This document shows positions 18,934 to 27,803 of a DNA stretch of 64,000 nt, piece after piece (position 1 is the stretch's first letter; each line of letters starts with the position of its first letter). Under the pieces are notes generated by a model. That model was not told the origin of the DNA. It searched no databases and saw only the letters and a program-made list of their open reading frames with translations. Origin of the DNA: Terriglobia bacterium (GTDB lineage Bacteria > Acidobacteriota > Terriglobia > 20CM-2-55-15); contig OZ253536.1 in NCBI GenBank assembly GCA_965262425.1, positions 3,463,744-3,527,743 of the forward strand, written 5' to 3'. A program made the translations under genes and the position numbers.

Positions 18934-21296
18934 TTGATCGAGACGAGAGCATTGAGGATGGCCAGCGACGGCGACTTCGCTCCGGGATACGGGCCAACGC
19001 AGGAGGGACACCCGTCGTCGCAAGCACACGATTGGATCAATTGGAGCGTTTCCCCGAGGACCCTGTCACGTATTTCATAGAGTGGTCGGCTCAACCCGAT
19101 CCCGCCGGGGTAGTTGTCGAAGATAAACACGGTCGGCTCGTGTTCGATATCCGGGATGTCCTGAACCCTCGACGGCGGGATCGTCGCCGGACCTTCTCCC
19201 ATCGGGGCTCGTTTCGCTTCATCGGGCACTCCCGTCTGAACCGAAGATCCCAGATCCCGGCGGTCGCACATGAGAAAAACCGCCGCGATCTGGGCCAGCG
19301 CGTAGCCCATGCCGTAGACACCGTCCAGGCGCGCTGAATGGGAAAACGGGAGGGACTCGAAGATGTACCTGGGAACACGCACCCAGTAGGAAGTGGTGTG
19401 CATCTCCTGGGTCGGCATGCTCAGTTCTCCGGATCCGACGTTTTCCATCGTCACGAACTTCAACTTCTTGAAACCCACGACCTGGTGCGCGACGTGGACC
19501 TCTCCGTGGTGGTGCACCCGCATCGTCTCAGCCGTATCCAGGACCCGGACCTTGGTGTACGTGATGGCGTCGGTAAAGTACTCCGAATCGACCTGCTTGA
19601 CGTAGGCACGGCGCTCTTCGACATCGAGTTGCTGGACGTAATACTGCTGGCCCTGGTGCAGGTAGATGGCCTTCTCGTGCAGCGTCGTAAACGCGCTCGA
19701 ATAATCCACCTCACCGATAATCCGCGCTTCCCCTGTCGTTTCGACTACCAGAAAATTATCGGAGCTGACGCTTCTCAAGGAAATGGAATCAGCGGGATAG
19801 GCTTCGCTGGTCCAGTGCCATTTGTTTCCCGCTCGATGAATGAACCCGCGTTCGGACAGGTACTCGAGAATCTCCGAGACATCATGCCCACCGAACAGTT
19901 CGTCCGCACCGAAAGGCAGCTCGAACGCCGCACACTGCAAATGGCTGATGAGAATGTGGATGTTCTCGGGATTAATCAGGCCTCTTTCCGGGGACTGATC
20001 GAGAAAATATTCGGGATGGTTGACGATGTATTGATCCAGGGGCGCACTCGATGCCACCATGACACCAATGGCTGTGCCGCTGCGACGGCCGGCGCGGCCC
20101 AGGCGCTGCCACGTCGACGCCACCGTTCCCGGATAACCCGCCAGCACAGCGACATCGAGGCTACCGATGTCGATACCCAGCTCCAACGCATTCGTCGATA
20201 CCACTCCCCGAATCAGTCCTTCCCGCAAACCCTTCTCGATCGCACGGCGTTCGTTCGGCAGGTAGCCACCCCTGTAACCCACGACGATTTCGTCCTGACC
20301 GACCGCCTGCCGCATGTCCTCCTTGAGGTAGCGGACCAGGATTTCAGTAATCAGACGGCTGTTTGCGAAGACAATCGAACCCTTATTCATCCCGATAAAG
20401 CCACGCGCGATGTAACGGGTTTCCTGCACGTACGAACGGCGAATTCCCAACTGCCGGTTGACAACGGGAGGATTGTAGAAAAACACATGTTTTTCTCCCT
20501 CGGGCGCACCGCTCTCGGCGATGAGTTCAAACTGCTTGCCGGTTAGTTTCTCAGCCAACTCTCTGGGGTTGGCGATCGTCGCCGAAGTACAGATAAAGTG
20601 AGGATCGCTGCCGTAGAAGCGGCAGATACGCTCCAGACGCCGAAACAGGTTCGCCAGATGACTTCCGAACACGCCCCGGTAGGTGTGCAGTTCATCGACG
20701 ATGACGTATTTCAGGTTCTCGAAAACCCGGGTCCACTTGGTGTGATGAGGCAGGATGCCCTTGTGAAGCATGTCCGGATTGGTCAGGACGATATGCCCCC
20801 TGGCACGGATCGCCGAGCGTGCATCCTGCGGTGTATCCCCGTCGTAGGAATGGATCCGGATGTCAGCGTCGAGCGCCTCGGTCCACTTCATCAGGTTGTC
20901 GAGCTGGTCGTATGTCAGCGCCTTGGTCGGAAACAGGTAGAGGGCACGCGCATCCGGGTCTTCCACGATGCTCTGGAGGACCGGCAGGTTGTAACAAAGC
21001 GTCTTACCCGATGCGGTCGGTGTCAGAACGACGGTGTTCCGGCCGGCTCGAACATGTTCGAAACACTCTAACTGGTGAGAATAGAGTTCGGTTATCCCCC
21101 GCTTCTTGAGAACCCCGGTAATCGAGGTATCCAGCGCTGCGGGCATTTCGACCAGTCGGGCCTGGCGAGCCGGAATTCGATGATGGACCGTCACGCAGTC
21201 GCTGTTCGATAACTCCCGAAAAACATCGCCCTTCGGAGATCGCTCGGGTAGGGAGGGACCTTCCAACGGTAATTTCAAATGAGCACCTGAGCGCAT
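18930..21296 (-). CDS. MrfA/YprA-like DEAD/DEAH-box helicase with C-terminal DUF1998 (4-Cys) domain
   Basis: ITELYSHQLECFEHVRAGRNTVVLTPTASGKTLCYNLPVLQ aligns to B. subtilis YprA. DExH box VIVDELHTYRGVFG. C-terminal SCACDDGCPSCVGPYPG. RBS aaaggag sits ahead of ATG 21296. Confidence 0.8.
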   Translation of the reverse strand: MRSGAHLKLPLEGPSLPERSPKGDVFRELSNSDCVTVHHRIPARQARLVEMPAALDTSITGVLKKRGITELYSHQLECFEHVRAGRNTVVLTPTASGKTLCYNLPVLQSIVEDPDARALYLFPTKALTYDQLDNLMKWTEALDADIRIHSYDGDTPQDARSAIRARGHIVLTNPDMLHKGILPHHTKWTRVFENLKYVIVDELHTYRGVFGSHLANLFRRLERICRFYGSDPHFICTSATIANPRELAEKLTGKQFELIAESGAPEGEKHVFFYNPPVVNRQLGIRRSYVQETRYIARGFIGMNKGSIVFANSRLITEILVRYLKEDMRQAVGQDEIVVGYRGGYLPNERRAIEKGLREGLIRGVVSTNALELGIDIGSLDVAVLAGYPGTVASTWQRLGRAGRRSGTAIGVMVASSAPLDQYIVNHPEYFLDQSPERGLINPENIHILISHLQCAAFELPFGADELFGGHDVSEILEYLSERGFIHRAGNKWHWTSEAYPADSISLRSVSSDNFLVVETTGEARIIGEVDYSSAFTTLHEKAIYLHQGQQYYVQQLDVEERRAYVKQVDSEYFTDAITYTKVRVLDTAETMRVHHHGEVHVAHQVVGFKKLKFVTMENVGSGELSMPTQEMHTTSYWVRVPRYIFESLPFSHSARLDGVYGMGYALAQIAAVFLMCDRRDLGSSVQTGVPDEAKRAPMGEGPATIPPSRVQDIPDIEHEPTVFIFDNYPGGIGLSRPLYEIRDRVLGETLQLIQSCACDDGCPSCVGPYPGAKSPSLAILNALVSIK

Positions 21297-21571
21297 AAGA
21301 GCCACCTTCTCCTTTGATCCGGTCAGGTCAGGTCCTTTGAAATACACCCGATGATGCTCGATTGCTCCATACCAGCGAGAACCTTTGGTGGAAAATCGGG
21401 TCCAGGGCCCCGTGGCGGAACTCTCCAGGGTCGCAATCCCCCGCAACGTTATTGTTTTTGAAGCTTTACTCGTTTAAATTGGCTAGGTGGCTGTTCAATG
21501 ATAGTCCCATCTGTGAAGGCCACCAGATCTTAGCATTTCGAAAACGCGGCCCTTTATTGAGAGAGGAATTG

Positions 21572-23059
21572 ATGAAAGTCCAGCTCAGCTACGACCTTCC
21601 GTGGAAAGTAAAGACCGACCTTCTGGTGGTCATACTCGACGAAGACATCCGCCTGGCCGACCTTGGCCGGTCTCCGCTTGCGGACATAGTGGACCGGGTC
21701 CGGAAGGGCTTCAAAGCCGGCCGACTCCACAGGGAAAGCCTGACTACTCTGCCACCAGAGAGCAACGCGGGCCATCTGGCCGTGTTTTCTACGTCGCTCG
21801 ATCCCGCCTATAACGTCTGGGAAAACCTGAAGTCCTACGTCGCGCAATCGGTTCGAATGGCGCGAGAGCTGGATCTGCGGCGCGTCTCGATCGTCCTGAA
21901 TACCGAGGAGGCTTTGCCGTTCATTGGAAAGGCGGAAGAAGGTGCCTTGCTGGGTTCGTACACCTTCAGCAGCTACAAGAAGGAGAACCAGGAACGCGAG
22001 AAGGTCTTCAAGAAAATGCGCGTGGACCTGATCGGATTGAAGTCGCACGCGACACAGAGCAAATTCTTCTTGAACCGGTATCGCATTGTGTCCGATGCGG
22101 TCAATCTTGCCAGGGACCTCATTAACGAACCGGGATCGGTGGCGACGCCGGTGATGCTCGCCAAAGAAGCCCGGGCGATCGCCGGAGAATCGAATCTGAA
22201 CGTGCGGATCTGGGACGACAAACAACTTAAAAAAGCTGGGTTCAACGGCTTGATCCAGGTCGGCAAGGGGAGCGTTCACAAGCCGCGAATGATACGCCTG
22301 TCCTACCGCGCTAAGAATTCCAAGCAGCACCTGGCACTGGTCGGTAAAGGGATTACGTTCGATACGGGAGGCATTTCGATCAAGCCCGCCGCCAACATGT
22401 TCGAGATGAAAGGAGACATGTCCGGGGGCGCGGCGGTTCTGGCCGCGATGAAGGCGATCGGGCAGCTCAAGCCGAAGGTTAACGTCACCGGTATCGTCGT
22501 GGCAGCGGAAAACACCCCGGACGCTGAAGCTCAACGACCGGGAGACATCCTCACCGCACGCAACGGCAAGACCATCATGGTCGACAACACAGACGCTGAA
22601 GGCCGCCTCGTCCTGACCGACGGGCTGTTCCAGGCCGGCGAAGAAGGCGCCACTCACGTCGTGGATATCGCCACGCTCACGGGATCGTGTGTACGGGCAC
22701 TGGGCGACAGCATCGCCGGAATCATGGGCAACTCCGCCGAACTGACCCGCGCAGTCATCGCGTCGGGCCAGAACCACGGAGAAAGCTTCTGGGAACTGCC
22801 GCTTCCTGCCGAATACAAAGATCTCCTGAAGACGCCTTATGCCGACCTGAACAACATCGGTGGCGCACTGGCTGGAGCGTCCACGGCCGGGCTGTTCTTA
22901 CAGGAGTTCATACCGGAAAACGTTGCCTGGGCACACCTGGACATCGCCGGACCTTTCATGCGCAGCCGCAGATGGAAGTACTACGAAGCGGGAGCGATCG
23001 GTTTCGGAGCCAAGACGTTGATCGACCTGGCGGAACGGTTTTACGATTACTTCGAGTAG
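21572..23059 (+). CDS. pepA: Leucyl aminopeptidase (M17 family)
   Basis: NTDAEGRLVLTDG active-site signature, plus GKGITFDTGGISIKP. Confidence 0.9.
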   Translation: MKVQLSYDLPWKVKTDLLVVILDEDIRLADLGRSPLADIVDRVRKGFKAGRLHRESLTTLPPESNAGHLAVFSTSLDPAYNVWENLKSYVAQSVRMARELDLRRVSIVLNTEEALPFIGKAEEGALLGSYTFSSYKKENQEREKVFKKMRVDLIGLKSHATQSKFFLNRYRIVSDAVNLARDLINEPGSVATPVMLAKEARAIAGESNLNVRIWDDKQLKKAGFNGLIQVGKGSVHKPRMIRLSYRAKNSKQHLALVGKGITFDTGGISIKPAANMFEMKGDMSGGAAVLAAMKAIGQLKPKVNVTGIVVAAENTPDAEAQRPGDILTARNGKTIMVDNTDAEGRLVLTDGLFQAGEEGATHVVDIATLTGSCVRALGDSIAGIMGNSAELTRAVIASGQNHGESFWELPLPAEYKDLLKTPYADLNNIGGALAGASTAGLFLQEFIPENVAWAHLDIAGPFMRSRRWKYYEAGAIGFGAKTLIDLAERFYDYFE

Positions 23060-23086
23060 CCCGGACAGGAAAAATGCCCATCGAGG

Positions 23087-25027
23087 TCAGAGGTCTTCCG
23101 GACCACAGATCTCACCCTTGACCGCCGTCGCCGCCACGACGTAGGGGTTCGCGAGATACGCGTCGCCCTCCCCCATGCGACCGGCCATATTCCGGTTCGT
23201 CGCCGATATCGCGACCTGACCCTTCTGGGGCCCGCCCGGGCCGGCGTTGATGCAGGCACCGCAACCGGGTTCGATGATCATAGTGACACCGGCCGCTTCG
23301 AGGATCGCGTGAATGCCTCGCCTCTTCGCCTCGTCCCGCACAAGCTCTGATCCGTACTGGATATATGTTGGAACAGACACTCTCCTGTCCTTCAGGATTT
23401 CGGCATACATGGTGATCGAGGTCAGGTCTCCGGCTGTACACGAACCGGCATAGGCCAGATCGACCCGGGTTCCGCGAACCTTCTCCAGGGCGAGGCCGTT
23501 TCCGGGGTGCCCCGGAGACGCCACGAGTGTTTCCACCAGGCCCAGATCCAGTTCCACCAGCGCATCGACTTCTGAATCATCGTCTGGATAGATCAGGCCG
23601 GCCTCGATGTCCGCTCGCGAGATTCCACGCCTCTCCTCGAGGTACCGGATCATGGATTCGGTCGGTTCCATGACAGCGGTCAGAGCGTTGCACTCGACCG
23701 CCATGTTCGATAGGACGGCCTGCTCTTCAAACGCCAGCGTGGCCAGGCCAGGCCCCACAAACTCTATGACCTTGCCGGTAAAGACACCGTCCCGCTTTCC
23801 CTGGCGAGCCAGATGGAGCATCACATCCTTGGCGGTCCGCGACGGGGAAAGAGAGCCGGTCAGCCGGACCCGAACCGTCTGCGGAACGCGGCCTGCGACC
23901 TCGTTGTGCTCCCAAATCGTCGCGATTTCAGTGTTCCCAACTCCGTACGCGAAGCAGTTCAGTGCCCCGGCAGAACAGGTATGGGAATCGGTACCCAGAA
24001 CGACCTGGCCGGGTAGCGCGACGCTTTCACGAATCACCGTGTGGCAAATCCCGTCGCTACCGCCCCCCTCATTGGCATGGAACTGGATCCCAGTTTCTTC
24101 GGCGAACCGGCGCTGGCCTTCCCTTAGATCCCGGATCCCTTCCAACGCCTCATCTGTAATGCCGGCCAGATTCGGAGCCAGTGTCAGATGGTCCGGAAAC
24201 GCGTGTATGGAAGCGGGATTCTTGACTTTCGGCGGCCGACCGAGAGCCGACCGCAACATCGCGGCACTCGGCGCAGTGGTGTAGTCATGAGAAAAACCGG
24301 TATCGACCCGGATGAAACCGGCGTCTCCGGGCCGGACGGCGCCATTGTCGGTCGACATGTGATTCGTCAGGATCTTCTCGGCGATGGTCATGTTGCGGGC
24401 GGCGGTGCGAATGGCAGGGTCTTCTTCCTGTCCGGCGGCCCGGGCTTCCATGAACCGAAACAACCCACCGCGCCGGACGATGCCTTTGGTCAGGTCATCA
24501 AACCCGTCCGTCAGCTCATCCACCGCCACCCGCCGACGGGCCGCAAGCCTTTGGGCCAGAGACCGATCCGTGACGGGGAACATTCCGTTATTGATAAGGT
24601 TCTGACGATGAATGGGGGCGATGCTTGGAGCGAAGACAATCCCGATACCCGCATAGAGTAGCGCCAGGGCCGCAACCTCGCGCGACGAACCCTCGCCCCA
24701 GCCATCGCCGGCCAGGATCATCCCGAAGCCGCCACTACGAACATCACCCGGGTGGATCAAGCCACCGCCGCCGAGCGAGCGCAGGAGCAAAACTCCGAGA
24801 CGGTCGTCATAGTAGTAACAGTCCGGGTTCGCCTTGATGATGGCGTCGGTGGACACATGGGCGTAAAGACTTGAAGAATCAGGAGGAGAATCGAGTTCCC
24901 GTCCATCGAACTGCTTGCGGAGCAGTTCCTGGTCCGTAGTCAAATACAGGGGGCGCCCGTCCAGCTGGATAGCCTCAACTAACTGATTATTATCGAGATA
25001 AATACAAAGTTGTCCTACCTTTCGCAC
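23087..25027 (-). CDS. Aconitase-superfamily hydro-lyase, single polypeptide with LeuD-like swivel domain N-terminal to LeuC-like catalytic domains
   Basis: N-terminal 170 aa carry GDGWGEGSSREVAALAL (swivel). Then comes MTIAEKILTNHM (typical large-subunit N-terminus), then GTDSHTCSAGALNCFAYGVG, GSCTAGDL and GCGACIN cluster ligands. Confidence 0.72.
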   Translation of the reverse strand: MRKVGQLCIYLDNNQLVEAIQLDGRPLYLTTDQELLRKQFDGRELDSPPDSSSLYAHVSTDAIIKANPDCYYYDDRLGVLLLRSLGGGGLIHPGDVRSGGFGMILAGDGWGEGSSREVAALALLYAGIGIVFAPSIAPIHRQNLINNGMFPVTDRSLAQRLAARRRVAVDELTDGFDDLTKGIVRRGGLFRFMEARAAGQEEDPAIRTAARNMTIAEKILTNHMSTDNGAVRPGDAGFIRVDTGFSHDYTTAPSAAMLRSALGRPPKVKNPASIHAFPDHLTLAPNLAGITDEALEGIRDLREGQRRFAEETGIQFHANEGGGSDGICHTVIRESVALPGQVVLGTDSHTCSAGALNCFAYGVGNTEIATIWEHNEVAGRVPQTVRVRLTGSLSPSRTAKDVMLHLARQGKRDGVFTGKVIEFVGPGLATLAFEEQAVLSNMAVECNALTAVMEPTESMIRYLEERRGISRADIEAGLIYPDDDSEVDALVELDLGLVETLVASPGHPGNGLALEKVRGTRVDLAYAGSCTAGDLTSITMYAEILKDRRVSVPTYIQYGSELVRDEAKRRGIHAILEAAGVTMIIEPGCGACINAGPGGPQKGQVAISATNRNMAGRMGEGDAYLANPYVVAATAVKGEICGPEDL

Positions 25028-25308
25028 GTCAAAAACCCCTCATTCTTTATGATCCGCGCATTGTACCACCCCTCCCGTAACGCGGGGCCTCCACAGAGAG
25101 CTTCCACAAAATCCACAAATGTCACATTTTAGTATGTTTTTGGCTTGCAATCTTCGGTGTCGGCTGTGGTAACCTTTCTCGTGCGACAGGCTCCCATGAG
25201 GAGGGGCTGATCGTTGTAAGGACTTTTTCTAAAGAAAAAGCTTTACTCCGGGGTGTCCTCGTAGGATAACACCCCAGTAAGTATACTTATTGTCAGGAGG
25301 ACAACAGG

Positions 25309-25506
25309 ATGGAACCGAATATCCAAGATGGATTTGAATTGGAACTCGATATCAATATCGAGGAATTAGAGCAGAAAATAGCCCCCGGTGACACTTCGTT
25401 CCCGTTCCCGGGCCCCGATGATCCGTATGGCGGACGCGGCGGTGGTGGCGGCGGCGGTGGTAACGGCGGTGGCGGCGGCGGTGGTAACGGCGGCGGCAAG
25501 CCCTAA
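25309..25506 (+). CDS. Small acidic-leader / polyglycine-tail protein (65 aa), candidate precursor peptide or low-complexity structural protein
   Basis: Strong RBS aggagg 8 nt ahead of ATG 25309. Sequence MEPNIQDGFELELDINIEELEQKIAPGDTSFPFPGPDDPYGGRGGGGGGGGNGGGGGGGNGGGKP. Followed by two intrinsic terminators. Locally AT-rich. Confidence 0.45.
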   Translation: MEPNIQDGFELELDINIEELEQKIAPGDTSFPFPGPDDPYGGRGGGGGGGGNGGGGGGGNGGGKP

Positions 25507-25516
25507 AGTTTTTTGT

Positions 25517-25551
25517 GATACCCCTGCCTGACGGCAGGGGTATCACTTTTT
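25517..25551 (+). terminator. Rho-independent terminator 1 downstream of the Gly-rich ORF
   Basis: Hairpin gatacccctgcc-tgac-ggcaggggtatc followed by a TTTTT tract. Confidence 0.7.
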
Positions 25552-25562
25552 CTGCTTCTTAG

Positions 25563-25589
25563 AATGCAGCTCCGGCTGCATTTTTTTTT
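25563..25589 (+). terminator. Rho-independent terminator 2 (tandem)
   Basis: Hairpin aatgcagc-tccg-gctgcatt followed by T9. Confidence 0.7.
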
Positions 25590-25787
25590 GCACTCAGGCG
25601 GCAGGCAACTCGATCGGGACCGTGACCGAAACCGTTTGCAGTTCGCTGCTTCAGACGCCCCGACGCTTCTCCCGGCGTGGGGGGGCCGGCCCGGCGTTTA
25701 ATCTCCCTGCGCCGTCCGTCCACACGATAATGTTGGAGCTCTCTTCAAGGACTGGGCTTGTACGGGGACGGTGGGCCCGACGCTAAA

Positions 25788-26117
25788 ATGAAACTCGGCG
25801 TTACGGATCATATCGACTGTGCCCACTTTCTTCCGGGACACCCAAAGTGCGGCTCCCTGCACGGGCACACGTACAAGATAGAGGTGATCATTGAAGGCGA
25901 GAAGGGGTCCGGTGGGATGATCGCGGATTTCGACGACGTGAAGTCCGCTCTTCGGAATGCCCTTGATCAGTACGACCACCGGTCGTTGAACGAATTCCTT
26001 GAATACCCGTCGGTTGAAAACATTTGCGAAATGCTGCAGAAAAAGCTTCAGAACGAGATGAAGTTCCCGTTCACGTTGCGTGTGTGGGAAGGCAATGGAA
26101 AGTGGGCTGAACTGTGA
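25788..26117 (+). CDS. queD: 6-carboxy-5,6,7,8-tetrahydropterin synthase (QueD/PTPS family)
   Basis: MKLGVTDHIDCAHFLPGH..CGSLHGHTYKIEV. Has the CxxxxHGH zinc motif and the Glu/His catalytic pattern. ORF track start 25758; ATG 25788 is more likely. Confidence 0.85.
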   Translation: MKLGVTDHIDCAHFLPGHPKCGSLHGHTYKIEVIIEGEKGSGGMIADFDDVKSALRNALDQYDHRSLNEFLEYPSVENICEMLQKKLQNEMKFPFTLRVWEGNGKWAEL

Positions 26118-26431
26118 TGTCTAGGATCGATACCATAAAAGGCTTCCTCGAGGACGACCCTAAGGACTCGTTCTCACGCTACGCCCTGGCGCTGGAATAC
26201 GTAAAACTGGATCGTTGGGACGACGCGATTCAGGAATTCGAAAGGGTCATTTCGAACGATGCGGAATACGTCGCCACGTATTACCAGTTGGCGAAGGCTT
26301 ACGAACACCAGGAGCAAAGAGACAAGGCGGAAGCCACTTACCGCACTGGAATGGCAGTTGCGATCGGCGCTAAAGACATGCACACCGTCAGCGAACTCCG
26401 GGAGGCCATGAACGCCCTTCTGGAGAGTTAG
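26114..26431 (+). CDS. Small TPR-repeat protein (105 aa)
   Basis: TPR-like helical repeats (YALALEYVKLDRWDDAIQEFERVI, YYQLAKAYEHQ). 4-nt overlap with queD. Confidence 0.5.
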   Translation: MMSRIDTIKGFLEDDPKDSFSRYALALEYVKLDRWDDAIQEFERVISNDAEYVATYYQLAKAYEHQEQRDKAEATYRTGMAVAIGAKDMHTVSELREAMNALLES

Positions 26432-26583
26432 TGTCCGCTCCTGAAGAAGAGCCATCCTTCCTCTCCACCATCCTGGGCTCAGCCATCCCCCTGGTCGTCG
26501 CAATCGGAATCGCCGCCCTCAGCGCGTTCCTCTTCTACATGTTTTGGTTCGGCGTCGGAGGGGCGTTCGACTGGATCTTCTAA
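26431..26583 (+). CDS. Possible 50-aa single-TM membrane peptide (GTG start)
   Basis: VSAPEEEPSFLSTILGSAIPLVVAIGIAALSAFLFYMFWFGVGGAFDWIF. Overlaps the stop of the TPR gene. Not in the ORF track (below 60 aa). Confidence 0.3.
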   Translation: MSAPEEEPSFLSTILGSAIPLVVAIGIAALSAFLFYMFWFGVGGAFDWIF

Positions 26584-26600
26584 ACAACCAGTTTTCGCTA

Positions 26601-27752
26601 GTGGTCCCCGTCAAACAGACTGTAACTTATCGAGCTTCTTTCGGGCACGTTGAACTTTTTCAAGAATATCGGAAGCCGTTGCGGTCCAAATGAAGGGCTT
26701 CGGGTTCTGATTGTGACCCCCGACATATTCCTCCACGGCCTGGATTAGCTCAGGAATCGAATGGAAAACCCCGCGCCGAAGCCGTTGTTCGGAAAGATCC
26801 CGGAAGAAGCGTTCGACCATGTTCAGCCAGGATGCACTGGTCGGTGTGAAGTGCACATGAAAGCGCGTGTTGCGCTTCAACCAGTTGACGACTTTCTGAT
26901 GTTTGTGCGTGGCGTAGTTGTCGCAAATGATATGGATCTGTTTGTCTTTCGGCACGGAACGTTTGATCTGATTGAGAAACCGGATCCATTCCTGATGACG
27001 ATGCTTCGGCATACAGGTCCCGATAATCGAGCCGTCCAGCGTATTGAGCGCGGCGAACATCGTGGTCGTCCCGTTGCGTTTGTAGTCGTGGGTGAGGGTG
27101 CCGCACCGCCCCTTCTTCAGAGGTAACCCGGGTTGCGTGCGGTCCAGGGCCTGCATCTGGCTCTTCTCATCGCAGGACAAAACAATGGCGTTTTCCGGAG
27201 GGTTCAGATACAAACCGACCACATCCTCCAACTTCTCGACAAATTGTTTGTCGTTGGAAAGTTTGAAGGTGCGTGCCAGATGAGGCTTCAAGCCATGAGC
27301 CCGCCAGATTCTCCCTACCGTGGACTCGCTGACGCCGGTTGCCCTGGCCATCAAGGACCGGCTCCAGTGCGTGGCGTTCGGAGGCTTCCCTTCGACCGTC
27401 TTCTTCACGATCCGGGCCCGCTTCCGGCGGCCGATCGAGGGAATCCGTCCACTGCGGGAAGCGTCCTTTTCGATTCCCCCGAGGCCATCTTCAACGAAAC
27501 GATCGCGCCAACGTCCGGCCTTTTGACGAGTGATGTCCAACTTGGCAGCGATCTCCTGATTGTCCAGACCCCCGGCGGCCAGCAAGACAATTCGAGATCG
27601 TTCCGCCAACCGGACCGCCACACTGCGGCTTCGGCTCAGTCGCTCCAGTTCCTTCCGCACAGGAATGTCCAATTTAATCGTCGGTGCTCTCCTCATATAT
27701 ACTCAGACGTAGGAAAGCTGAATAAGTTACATTAACTGTGACGGACTACACT
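26601..27752 (-). mobile_element. IS630-family insertion sequence (~1.15 kb) with imperfect ~30-bp terminal IRs and flanking TA
   Basis: The 361-aa transposase ORF fills 26611-27696. Left end gtggtccccgtcaaacagactgtaactta. Right end (reverse complement) gtgtagtccgtcacagttaatgtaactta. TA dinucleotides sit at 26599-26600 and 27753-27754. Confidence 0.8.
26611..27696 (-). CDS. IS630-family (Tc1/mariner-like) DDE transposase
   Basis: N-terminal HTH region (LDNQEIAAKLDITRQKAGRWRDRF). DDE domain with DEKSQMQAL ... ICDNYATHKH ... WLNMVERFF. Confidence 0.88.
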   Translation of the reverse strand: MRRAPTIKLDIPVRKELERLSRSRSVAVRLAERSRIVLLAAGGLDNQEIAAKLDITRQKAGRWRDRFVEDGLGGIEKDASRSGRIPSIGRRKRARIVKKTVEGKPPNATHWSRSLMARATGVSESTVGRIWRAHGLKPHLARTFKLSNDKQFVEKLEDVVGLYLNPPENAIVLSCDEKSQMQALDRTQPGLPLKKGRCGTLTHDYKRNGTTTMFAALNTLDGSIIGTCMPKHRHQEWIRFLNQIKRSVPKDKQIHIICDNYATHKHQKVVNWLKRNTRFHVHFTPTSASWLNMVERFFRDLSEQRLRRGVFHSIPELIQAVEEYVGGHNQNPKPFIWTATASDILEKVQRARKKLDKLQSV

Positions 27753-27803
27753 AGGTGTTCTCCCTGACTTCGCGGTGAATCCCCTCTTCCCGATTCCCGG
27801 CTG

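Noticed and set aside
19338-22777. 402-aa plus-strand ORF inside the helicase gene and 407-aa minus-strand ORF inside pepA
   Set aside because: Antisense shadows of well-supported genes. The translations lack any motif and are Arg/His/Asp-rich.
25293-25499. Minus-strand proline-rich ORF (MPPPLPPPPPPPLPPPP...) overlapping the Gly-rich gene
   Set aside because: It is the reverse complement of the poly-Gly codons (GGN versus NCC). The plus strand has the RBS and terminators, so the minus-strand frame is treated as a shadow.
25590-25787. preQ1 riboswitch upstream of queD
   Set aside because: I could not find the conserved preQ1-I or preQ1-II pseudoknot consensus by eye. The region is GC-rich with no obvious aptamer. 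A covariance-model scan would be needed to be sure.
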